From Nannocystales bacterium (GTDB lineage Bacteria; Myxococcota_A; Polyangia; Nannocystales; Nannocystaceae), in assembly GCA_050633305.1 (NCBI GenBank), contig JBOEGF010000005.1:224001-288000 (forward strand): a DNA stretch of 64,000 nt. The letters run 5' to 3'. The position numbers and the translations under genes were made by a program. A model generated the notes under the pieces. It made no database searches. It worked only from the letters and a program-made list of their open reading frames with translations, and had not been told where the DNA came from. Of the stretch, positions 17,422 to 26,117 are shown in pieces. The number at the start of each line of letters is the position of its first letter. Within the stretch, counting starts at the first letter, position 1.

Positions 17422-20400
17422 GCTGCTGCCTCCCCGTGGAACACGCCGGCCTCTTGAAGGCCGACCGCGATGTCATCTGCGAACGCAGGGTCGAGCTCGA
17501 AGTGCCCGGTGCGCTCGGTCTCTCGGATCAACGTGGATGCGGCGGCAAAGCGAACGGCCTGCACGAGGTCTGTCTTGGCGAGGCCGCTGGCGTGGCCGAC
17601 CGAAGCAACGGTACTCGCGCCGTGCCGCATGAGGGTTGCGAGGACGACGAGTACGGCGTTGGGGAGCCGAGAGACGAAGGGCACGCCCCACGAGAACCCG
17701 TAGATCGGGTCGAGCACGATCGTCTCCCCTCGAACACCCGCGTGGGCGAGCCACAGCTGCAGTGCTCGTCTCAGGTTGCCTCCCGAAGCCGCTTCGATGT
17801 CCTGTGCGTAGCTGGCTCGCTCCGTTCGTCGTAGCAGACGTCGGCGCAGATCAGCCCTCCAGTGGCGCGGGAGTTCCAGGTCGAGGCCAGCAAGCTCGTG
17901 GCGGGCGTTGATTGCAGCGTCGAGCTGCTGCGCGGAGGGGCGATGCAGGCGGACGATGCTGCCGAATGCGGACTCGATCGGGGCCAACGCCCGAAGGACT
18001 TCCATGGACTCGGCGGCAACCGACGCGAGCCAGAAGGTCTGCTCGGACTGCTCGGCCATGAAGCACAGGAAGCGGCGGAAGTCCTCGATGCCCTCACGTG
18101 AGGGCGTGAACCAGGTGTGGAGGTCGTCGACGAGCATCACCGAGCGGGTGTTGCCCATGACTTTGGCCAGGGCCTCGGGTTTGGGGTCGACGTCGAACGT
18201 CCGGCCCAGGGCGTGCCAGATCGTGTCGCCCTGCGCTCCGGCGTGACGGACGGTGAAGACCCGCCGGGTGCTGAGCTTGAGCTGGGCGATGACCAAGGTT
18301 GAGGTCTTGCCGGACCCGACGGGCCCGATCACGAGCGCGCCGTTGCCCTTGCGGGTGTCGGACTGCCAGGCGCGCTCGGCCTTGACCGTGGCGCGGAGCT
18401 GGTTGCGGTGAAGCGCGAACAGTCGTGGGTCACGAAGCGGCCCCGAGGTGAACAGTGACGCGTACAGCCCGTCGACGCCGGGAACCCGGCGCTTTCGCTG
18501 CTCGTCGAGGAGCGCGCGAACACTCTGTGCGTCGAGCTTCTCTCCACGGGCACGCTGTCGGTAGCGCTCCGCAAGGTCTGCCGCGGTGCCGCCTTGCAGG
18601 AACCGGGTGGCACGGGCCCAGAGGCGTCGGACCGAGGCGACGCCCTCCTGGGCGACGGACCGGACACGCTCCGGAGTGGTGGGCAGCGCTTCGACGTTGG
18701 AGCGCTGGCCTCGCGCGACGGCCCGGGAGGCCTCGACCAGACGCTGGGACATCTCGTCCACATCCGTGCTGAGCTCGTCGCGGACACCACTCCAGGCCAT
18801 GCATGGGCCTTCGGGGAGGGCTTGCAGCATGGTCCGGGCTCGGCCGACCGCTTCCTCGAGACGGGCGAGCGGGGTCTTGTCTCCTTCGTCGCGCGCCTTC
18901 TCTGCGGTCTGAAATCCGAAACTCACCAAGGTGGCGGCTTCACGCATGGTGTCGCGCGCGGCGGAAAACTGCTCGTGCACCGACTCCAGCCGTTGCTCGA
19001 CCGACGGAAGCAGTCGCCCTGCGATCTGGACCTCCTTGAGCTCGCGAACGTCGACCGAGACAACGTTGACGGTCGCGGGCCGAGGCGTGTCGATGAGCTC
19101 GGAAAGCGACGACACGATCTCCAGGCGGGGCTCGCCGTCGTTGACGAACGCCATGAGGGCGGCAAAGGGCGACGAGGTGGACGTGGCGCGGCGCACCCGA
19201 GAGCTGGCGGCGCGCAGGACCTTGGCGGCGGGTTTGGTGAGGACAGCGCCAGACTGGAGCCCGATCCGGGTCCACTGCTCATCGTCGAGGTCTTGCGGCT
19301 CAGGGAACTGAATCGTGGCCAGGCGGTTGAGTTCCTCGCCGACCTCGGTGGTGAGCGTTGCGAACGCGTCGTCCAGCGGACGCCTCACGTCGCTTCGCAG
19401 TCGCTCCTCGAGTCGGCCCTGCGCACGCTCGACGGCCGCAACGAATTCGAGAAGCGTGATGGCGGCCTTCTGTCGGCTGGGCCAGGCCGCGGTGTCTTTG
19501 GCCATGCGGGCGAGGCTGGCTTCAATGTCTCGCTCCACGCGGCTGAAGCGAACCTGTGCGCTCCCACCCGGTGCGCCCGCGGTCGCGAAGACCTTGGTCA
19601 ATGCTCGCGCTGCCGCCTGGATCGAGGTGTTTCGGTCCTCGGCGAGTTGACGGTCGAGCGTCTTTTCGAGCGTGAGCAGCTCCTTGCGAGTCTCATCCCA
19701 TGTGGCGGTGCCGAGCACGGCACGTTGCAACGTCTCGAGGCATCGCGCTTCGTGGCGCTGCCAGCTGCGCTGGACCGACTCGGTCAGCTCAGCCATCCGA
19801 GGCTCGAATGCGTAGCGGACGGCAAGCTGAACCGGGACTTGGCGCTTGCGCTTGTTGCGGCCCGAGAAGAACGAGAAGAAACCGGCGACACGCTTGCGCG
19901 TGCGGACGCGAATGTCGTCCCGCTCGTGAACCGCGGCGAGCGCGGCTTCGAGCGGTACGGTCTCGACCAAGGGGAGGGTCTGCGTGAAGTCGGACTGGTG
20001 CAGCAGTACGCTGCGGAGTGCCTCCGTGTTCAGCGAGTACTGGCTGACGCGCAAGCGCTCGATCCGCGCGAGGACCTTGTCCGCGTCGGTGCCCGGGCCC
20101 CCTTCGGCGCCCGCGACCTGTCGGGTCAGCTCGGCGAGCTTGGGCCGCAGCTCGTTCTCCAACCAGGGCTCCCACGCTTCGAGGTAGGCCGCCTGGGTGT
20201 CGGTGACCAATGCCCGCAGTCTTGGTGAGTCGAGTGACTCGAGAGCCGGCGGGACCTCTCCGGCCAGGGCGTGGTCCGCCTGTTCGTCGGGCTCCTCGGC
20301 CTCGGACTTGATCTCGCCGGCATTGCGCAGCGCAATCCTCAGGGTGATCGGTCCGACCATCAGGTTGATTGCGACGACCGCGATGCCGAGGTTGGCGACG

Positions 20401-21632
20401 ACGTTCGCAAGCTCAGACACCATCGCTTGGGCCTGGGGGTCCAGGCCCGAGAGGTCGGAGAAGCGTCCGCCGGCCAATCCCAGCAACGTGAGCGCGACAC
20501 CGGCCTGCGGCAGGTAGGCGAGCCAGGCGAGCCGCTGGACCTTGGGTTCTTCACCCCCGACCCGGCCGCCCAGGCGGGCCGCGAGGAAGTAGGCGACTCC
20601 GCGAGCGCCACAGACCACAAGCGCGGCGGGGAGCACCGACCACGTCGCGTTAAGGTCGATCTGGGCGCCCGCCGTCGTGAAGAAGACGATGAAGACCGGT
20701 AGCGAGACGGTCTTTAGGGGCTTGAGCAGGTCGTGCTCGAGCTTGGGGGTCAGGTTGCGGACCATCATGCCCGCGACGATGAAGACGAGCAGGAGTTCGA
20801 GGATGATGTGGTGCTCGGCCTTGAGGTAGACCGCAATCTCGGCCACCACCAACACCATCGCGGTGACGAACAGCAGCATCTCGGTCTTGACGAACCGGAG
20901 GTAGGCGATGAGCAGCCCTCCCAGAACCGCCCCCGCCACGAGGCTGACGCCGATCTCCTCGCTGACGTGAATCAGGACGCCGACGCCGAGCTCTCCGCCG
21001 GCCGACATCGCGAGCGCGGTGGCCAGAGCGATGTTGAACGCGACGACGACCACGACGTCCTTGGCGACCGCGGCGCCGAGGACGAGTTCGGTGAGTCGGC
21101 CCTTGGCGTTGCTCTCCGAGGCAACCGCGAGCGCGATGGCCGGAGACGTTCCGATCGCCAGGGCGGCGAGCAGCATGGCGAGACCGTAGACCTGCGCGTC
21201 GTTGGAGAGTCCGAGCAGGTCGGTGAACAGGCCCATCCCGACGATCGACCCGCCGACGAGGATGGCGCAGAGCACCACCTTGATGCCGATGGTCGCAGCG
21301 AGGGTCCGGGTGAGCTTGGCCAGTCCCTTCAGCTCGAGTTCGAGACCCGCGGTCGTTGCGATGAGTCCGAGCGCGAGTGTGCCGAACATGTTCATGTCGG
21401 CGACGACGGAGTCGGACAGGATGTCGGCGGCAGAGGGGCCGAGGACCACACCGCTGACGATGTATCCGGTGACCTTGGGCAGCGACATGCGCCCGCCCAG
21501 CTCGGCGATGGCGAACGCTGCCAGGATGACGAAGCCGATCGCCGCAAGCGTGACCGACGACTGATCCGTCCGTAGGGCGGTGAGCCCCAGCATCATGGTC
21601 AGCAGCGCGAGAACGACAAACATCCGCCGCAT
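17418..21632 (-). CDS. Cation:proton antiporter (CPA2-like) fused to a long helical region, a P-loop ATPase and a putative winged-helix domain
   Basis: N-terminal ~440 aa polytopic region (LPKVTGYIVSGVVLGP, TSPA, PQAGVAL). Walker A GPVGSGKT at 18303-18326, Walker B VMLVDD, then GGNLRRAL. Confidence 0.85.
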   Translation of the reverse strand: MRRMFVVLALLTMMLGLTALRTDQSSVTLAAIGFVILAAFAIAELGGRMSLPKVTGYIVSGVVLGPSAADILSDSVVADMNMFGTLALGLIATTAGLELELKGLAKLTRTLAATIGIKVVLCAILVGGSIVGMGLFTDLLGLSNDAQVYGLAMLLAALAIGTSPAIALAVASESNAKGRLTELVLGAAVAKDVVVVVAFNIALATALAMSAGGELGVGVLIHVSEEIGVSLVAGAVLGGLLIAYLRFVKTEMLLFVTAMVLVVAEIAVYLKAEHHIILELLLVFIVAGMMVRNLTPKLEHDLLKPLKTVSLPVFIVFFTTAGAQIDLNATWSVLPAALVVCGARGVAYFLAARLGGRVGGEEPKVQRLAWLAYLPQAGVALTLLGLAGGRFSDLSGLDPQAQAMVSELANVVANLGIAVVAINLMVGPITLRIALRNAGEIKSEAEEPDEQADHALAGEVPPALESLDSPRLRALVTDTQAAYLEAWEPWLENELRPKLAELTRQVAGAEGGPGTDADKVLARIERLRVSQYSLNTEALRSVLLHQSDFTQTLPLVETVPLEAALAAVHERDDIRVRTRKRVAGFFSFFSGRNKRKRQVPVQLAVRYAFEPRMAELTESVQRSWQRHEARCLETLQRAVLGTATWDETRKELLTLEKTLDRQLAEDRNTSIQAAARALTKVFATAGAPGGSAQVRFSRVERDIEASLARMAKDTAAWPSRQKAAITLLEFVAAVERAQGRLEERLRSDVRRPLDDAFATLTTEVGEELNRLATIQFPEPQDLDDEQWTRIGLQSGAVLTKPAAKVLRAASSRVRRATSTSSPFAALMAFVNDGEPRLEIVSSLSELIDTPRPATVNVVSVDVRELKEVQIAGRLLPSVEQRLESVHEQFSAARDTMREAATLVSFGFQTAEKARDEGDKTPLARLEEAVGRARTMLQALPEGPCMAWSGVRDELSTDVDEMSQRLVEASRAVARGQRSNVEALPTTPERVRSVAQEGVASVRRLWARATRFLQGGTAADLAERYRQRARGEKLDAQSVRALLDEQRKRRVPGVDGLYASLFTSGPLRDPRLFALHRNQLRATVKAERAWQSDTRKGNGALVIGPVGSGKTSTLVIAQLKLSTRRVFTVRHAGAQGDTIWHALGRTFDVDPKPEALAKVMGNTRSVMLVDDLHTWFTPSREGIEDFRRFLCFMAEQSEQTFWLASVAAESMEVLRALAPIESAFGSIVRLHRPSAQQLDAAINARHELAGLDLELPRHWRADLRRRLLRRTERASYAQDIEAASGGNLRRALQLWLAHAGVRGETIVLDPIYGFSWGVPFVSRLPNAVLVVLATLMRHGASTVASVGHASGLAKTDLVQAVRFAAASTLIRETERTGHFELDPAFADDIAVGLQEAGVFHGEAAA

Positions 21633-21633
21633 G

Positions 21634-23082
21634 TCAACGCCTCCAGGTTCCGGCTGAGAAGATGGCGAACAACGCGAAGATCTCCAGACGACCCGCGATC
21701 ATGCAGACGCACAGCACGGCTTTGCCCGCGCCGGGAATGAACCCAAAGTTTTGGGTGGGGCCCACCGCATCGAGGCCCGGACCGACCGAGCTGAGACAGG
21801 CGATCGTGGCGCTCATCGCAGACATGAGCTCGAGCCCGGAGGCCACGAGCAAGAACGACGCGACGGCGAACAAGAAGAAGTACGCCGCGAAGAATGTGGC
21901 GATGCCGCCCGCAACGTCTTGGCTGACCGTGCCTCGGCCGACCCGGATCGCGCTGACCTGGTGCGGCCGTACGATGATGCTCAGCTCGCGCAAGACAACT
22001 TTGCCCAGCACGAACACGCGCGACGCCTTGAGCCCGCCTGCGGTCGAGCCCGCGCACGCGCCCATGAACATGCAGCAGAACAACGCGAACCGGGCGATGT
22101 CCGGGTAGGTGTCGAAGTCCTCCGTCATGAAGCCCGTGGTCGTGGTGACCGCGAGCGTCTGGAAGGTGGCGTGTCGGACCGTGTCCGTCCAGTTGCCATG
22201 GGTGCCGGCGATGCTGAACGCGACGATGACGATGACGATGAGGTTCACCGTCAGATAGAAACGAAGCTCGTAGTTTCGGTAGAACGTTCGCCATTTGCGG
22301 CGGAGCAGGCCGTAGAAGAGGCCGAAGTTGAGCCCCGCGATGAGCATAAACGCGCTGATGATCCAGTCGATGGTGGGACTCGCGAACGCTCCCACGCTGG
22401 CCCCCTTGGACGAGAACCCGCCTGTGCCGAGCGTGGACATCGCATGGCAAATGGCGTCGAACACAGGCATCCCGGCCAGGATGAGGAGCACGGTGCACAG
22501 GGCGGTGAGGCTGCCGTAGATCCACCACAGCGCGGTCGCCGTCTGCTGAATCTTGGGGCGCAGACCTTCGGTGGTTGGGCCCGGCACCTCCGACTTGAAG
22601 AGGTGCTTTGCACCCACGCCGAGCTGCGGGAACACGGCGACGAACAGCACCACGATACCCATGCCGCCGATCCAGTGCATGAGGCAGCGCCACAAGTTGG
22701 TGGCGCGGGAGAGTCCATCGATGTCGGAAACCACCGTCGCGCCCGTGGTGGTGAAGCCGGAAACGGCCTCGAAGATGGCGCTGGGGATGCTGGGAATCGA
22801 CCCTTCGAGGATGAAGGGCAAGCCCCCGAGGATCCCCAAGGCAAGCCATGTGAACCCGACGACGCCCAGTGCGTCTTTGCGGTGAATCTCGTGATCGTCG
22901 TCGAGCTGCCCGATGCGGCGCAGCGTGAGGGCCAGCGCGATGCAGCAGAACGTCGCCACCGCATAGGCGGTGATGGTGCGAGGTTCACCGTCGAACACGG
23001 CGAGTCCAACCGGCGCCAGCATGAGCACGGCGACGGTGAACAGGAGGAGCCCGACGTAGCGGCTGACGACCCGGAGGTTCAC
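21634..23082 (-). CDS. trkH: Trk potassium uptake membrane subunit
   Basis: Pore loops SGFTTTGAT, STLGTGGFS, TTTTGF and LSSVGPG; GSTAGGLK; GRLEI. Confidence 0.97.
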   Translation of the reverse strand: MNLRVVSRYVGLLLFTVAVLMLAPVGLAVFDGEPRTITAYAVATFCCIALALTLRRIGQLDDDHEIHRKDALGVVGFTWLALGILGGLPFILEGSIPSIPSAIFEAVSGFTTTGATVVSDIDGLSRATNLWRCLMHWIGGMGIVVLFVAVFPQLGVGAKHLFKSEVPGPTTEGLRPKIQQTATALWWIYGSLTALCTVLLILAGMPVFDAICHAMSTLGTGGFSSKGASVGAFASPTIDWIISAFMLIAGLNFGLFYGLLRRKWRTFYRNYELRFYLTVNLIVIVIVAFSIAGTHGNWTDTVRHATFQTLAVTTTTGFMTEDFDTYPDIARFALFCCMFMGACAGSTAGGLKASRVFVLGKVVLRELSIIVRPHQVSAIRVGRGTVSQDVAGGIATFFAAYFFLFAVASFLLVASGLELMSAMSATIACLSSVGPGLDAVGPTQNFGFIPGAGKAVLCVCMIAGRLEIFALFAIFSAGTWRR

Positions 23083-24425
23083 CCGTTCTTGGTCTCCAAT
23101 CGGGTGACGCCTCGCTCGGCGCTGCGACGGTCACGAATCGGACACGCCACGAGGAGGTGCTCGCCTCCGGTCAAGACCGGGTTGGCCTCCGGAGCGATGG
23201 TGGGATCGGAGTGGGGGAGGACGCCGAGGATCCGCGTCGAGGCCCCAAGGGAGAGGTCGCGGACCCGAAGCTGCCGGGGCAACGTGTGCGGTACGCGAAG
23301 TTCGAGGATCGACCAGTCGCTGTCGGGGAGGGTGGCGGAGCTGACGACGGTGCGGCCTGGGAGCAGCCACTGCAGCGTGCTGGAGAGGACCTCGTGGGCG
23401 CTTGTGGTGCCATCGATGCCCAGGTGGGCGTAGACGGACGAGTAGCCGGGGCGGTGAACGAGCGCGAAGGTGTGCTCGACACCGAGCTCGTTGCTCAACA
23501 GCGAGGACATCAGGTTGACCTCATCGGTCCCGGTGACGGCCAGGGCAGTCTCGGCGCGACCGATCTGCTCCTCTCTGAGGAAGGCAAGGTTGGTCCCGTT
23601 GCCGTGCAGGATGGTGGTCTTCGCGAGCTGCGTGGCCAGTGCTTCGCAACGCTCACGGGACTCCTCGACGATCGACACCTCGCGGGTGAGCGCAGAGAGT
23701 GCGCGAGCGAGCTGCAACCCTACGTCGCCACCGCCCACGATGACCACACGGTTGGTACCGCTGGCTCGCATGCTGCGGGCCACGGAGGCGACGCCCACCG
23801 GAGGTCCGCCTAGAATCACGCGGTCACCAGCTTCGAGGGATGCGATCTCGGAGGGCAGACGGATCGAGTCGCCACGCAGGACGGCGCGGGTGATGGAGGC
23901 GGCCTCGGTGCCCAGGCTTCCGATGGGGCCGCCGGCGACGGGGGAATCGTCGCCGAGCTCCACCACGCCGACGTGGACTGCACCGCCGACGAACGTGGAG
24001 GTCCAACCGACCTCGACCCGGTTGACCAGTCGCAGCAGATCGACGCCGACGAGGCGGGAGGCGCAGACGCAGGCGTCGATGCCAGCAACGTCGCGCTCGA
24101 CGCCCAGAGAGCCGCGATAGAAGCCGGGGTCGTCAACACGAGCAACAGCGCGGCGCGCTCCCAGGTTCTTGGCGAGGACGCTGGCCGAGACGTTGACCGA
24201 GTCTTCGCCCGCGACGGAGATCACCAGGTCGGCCTCTCGGACCTCGGCGGCCTCGAGCGCGTCTCGGTGGGTCGCGTTGCCTTCCATGACGAGGACATCG
24301 AGTTCCTCCTCGGCAATGGCCAACGCACGGGGGTCGGCGTCGAGCAACACGACGTTGGCATCGCTGGACAGGGAACGCGCGAGATGGCGTCCGACTTCGC
24401 CGGCACCGAGGATCAACACTCTCAT
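23079..24425 (-). CDS. trkA: Trk potassium uptake RCK subunit
   Basis: Two RCK-N Rossmann motifs (ILGAGEVG, IVGGGDVG) and DEVNL; adjacent to trkH. Confidence 0.93.
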   Translation of the reverse strand: MRVLILGAGEVGRHLARSLSSDANVVLLDADPRALAIAEEELDVLVMEGNATHRDALEAAEVREADLVISVAGEDSVNVSASVLAKNLGARRAVARVDDPGFYRGSLGVERDVAGIDACVCASRLVGVDLLRLVNRVEVGWTSTFVGGAVHVGVVELGDDSPVAGGPIGSLGTEAASITRAVLRGDSIRLPSEIASLEAGDRVILGGPPVGVASVARSMRASGTNRVVIVGGGDVGLQLARALSALTREVSIVEESRERCEALATQLAKTTILHGNGTNLAFLREEQIGRAETALAVTGTDEVNLMSSLLSNELGVEHTFALVHRPGYSSVYAHLGIDGTTSAHEVLSSTLQWLLPGRTVVSSATLPDSDWSILELRVPHTLPRQLRVRDLSLGASTRILGVLPHSDPTIAPEANPVLTGGEHLLVACPIRDRRSAERGVTRLETKNG

Positions 24426-25753
24426 GGGTGATGCGACTCCGAGGGGCTAGGCCCTGCAGGGGTGGTGGGATCGGGGGTGGGGTCGGGCGGCGCGTGGTTC
24501 TCGACCTGAATCTCACCCACGTCGGCGAGATATCGACGTAGGGCTCGCATCGCGAGGACGTCGGAGATGACGAGACCGCCGAGAATGATCGTGCCCACCG
24601 TGGGGCTGAGCTCGGGGAAGCGTTGGGTGAAAGCGACGGAGATGGCCGCCGCCAAGACGCCTTGCCCGAGCATGCCGCGACCCAGGCCGACACCGAGCGA
24701 GCCCTCGTCGACGAACGTCGTGACCGCGACACGCGTAAAAATGCGCCGCAGGAGCACGCGTGCCAGCGCGTAGACCGGGACGACGACCCAGACTGCGGCA
24801 GAAGAGGCCGGGACCCACATGGCTCCCGCCAGCAGCAGGATCAGTACGGTCGTGGGGAACCGGATCGGCTCGAGCGCGCGATACAGCCGCGGGGCGTGCT
24901 GGGAGGTGTACGCGACGGTAAGCCCGGCGATCACGTTGACGAACAACGGGGAGACGCCAAGGCCTGCGCCCACGCCGGCGGCAAAGACCACCACCCCGAG
25001 TGTGGCCACGAGCATACGCATGGGGTCGTCCTCGCGGCCGATGAAGACGCTGAACAGCAGCCCGGTCAGGACGCCGGCGGCAATGGTGATGACGGACCAC
25101 TCGGTGAGCTTCAGGCCCAGCCCCGCCGATGCCTCCGCAGCCCGGTGTCCGGCCATGGCCATGCCGAACGCAAACGCGGCGATCAGCTGAGCCGAGCTGG
25201 CCATCGTCCGCAGCAGGCGCGTCCGCTTGGGCGAGACCTTGAAGCGGTCGATCGCCACGTCCATGAGGGAGGCCGAACACGCCGCAGCGGCAGCGCCGAT
25301 GGTCACTCCGCCCCACAGGGCTCCGGGCGAGAGCCAGAAGGAAATGAGGCTGTCCCCCGTGACTTGAACCGGCTCGGCGAAGAGAGGCTCCAACTCGAGG
25401 AGTGATGGGTCGAGGACTTGAAGGACGCCGGTGAGGAGCAATCCTACCGAGACCACCACACCCGCGGCCGCGGACAAGCCCGCGAGCGTGAACTCGGTTC
25501 CCCCGCGCCCACGTTTGGCTCCCAGCCCGACGAGGAAGCCGACGACGCCGAGCACTGTCGACACGAACAGGTCCAATGCGGCCAGGGTCTCTTCGTTCAG
25601 CGGCCCGATCGGCGACACTGGCCCCAGCGCGATGCCCAGCGCCAAGTACTCCATGCCCGAGAACAGGAGGAGTTTGGCCGCGAATCGGTCAATGAAGCGC
25701 CCCGCGACGAACGCGAAGACGACCACGCCGACAAAGAGGACGGTGGTGCTCAT
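24422..25753 (-). CDS. Divergent cation:proton antiporter-like membrane protein
   Basis: About 12 hydrophobic segments. SGMEYLALGIALGP, GVSPLFVNVIAG and LGQGVLAAAI resemble CPA-fold motifs. Confidence 0.75.
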   Translation of the reverse strand: MSTTVLFVGVVVFAFVAGRFIDRFAAKLLLFSGMEYLALGIALGPVSPIGPLNEETLAALDLFVSTVLGVVGFLVGLGAKRGRGGTEFTLAGLSAAAGVVVSVGLLLTGVLQVLDPSLLELEPLFAEPVQVTGDSLISFWLSPGALWGGVTIGAAAAACSASLMDVAIDRFKVSPKRTRLLRTMASSAQLIAAFAFGMAMAGHRAAEASAGLGLKLTEWSVITIAAGVLTGLLFSVFIGREDDPMRMLVATLGVVVFAAGVGAGLGVSPLFVNVIAGLTVAYTSQHAPRLYRALEPIRFPTTVLILLLAGAMWVPASSAAVWVVVPVYALARVLLRRIFTRVAVTTFVDEGSLGVGLGRGMLGQGVLAAAISVAFTQRFPELSPTVGTIILGGLVISDVLAMRALRRYLADVGEIQVENHAPPDPTPDPTTPAGPSPSESHHP

Positions 25754-25874
25754 GAAGAGGTCGGCTTGATGCCATCATGAAGGGGCGCGCGAGTCACGAT
25801 TCGTCACTTTCTTCGCCGGCCCGGTGCGCATGCGTACCGTCGATTCGGCCCGCCCAGCGTGGGCACGGTGCACC

Positions 25875-25970
25875 ATGAGCTTCATTCTGTCGATTCTCCT
25901 TGTTGGACTGCTGAGCGCCTTTGCAGGGTTTGTCTTCGACCCGCGGAAGCATGCGCGCGTAGGCCGCTGA
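25875..25970 (+). CDS. Putative 31-aa single-TM small protein
   Basis: ATG..TGA encoding MSFILSILLVGLLSAFAGFVFDPRKHARVGR in an intergenic gap. Below the ORF-track length cutoff. Confidence 0.35.
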   Translation: MSFILSILLVGLLSAFAGFVFDPRKHARVGR

Positions 25971-26070
25971 AGGCCGCCTGTGCGGGTGCTCCCTGCCTGA
26001 GGGCGCGCGCTCGCCACGAACCCTCGGCGTCGCCTCGAGAGGGTCCGGCCGTGAACGGCTACCCGGCCTC

Positions 26071-26108
26071 AAAAAAACTTGGAACGCTTTTGCGTCGGCG
26101 CCGGACTA
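26071..26108 (+). promoter_or_regulatory. Putative ECF-sigma promoter (copy 1)
   Basis: A-tract followed by GGAACG-CTTTTG-CGTCGGCGCC-GG-ACTA; near-identical to 31780-31807. Confidence 0.55.
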
Positions 26109-26117
26109 CTGGCAGCG

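Noticed and set aside
18594..23433. 544-aa and 560-aa plus-strand ORFs
   Set aside because: Antisense shadows of the antiporter-ATPase gene and trkH.
25754..26070. c-di-AMP (ydaO) riboswitch upstream of the K+ operon
   Set aside because: Expected from context, but I could not see the conserved elements; an Rfam cmscan would settle it.
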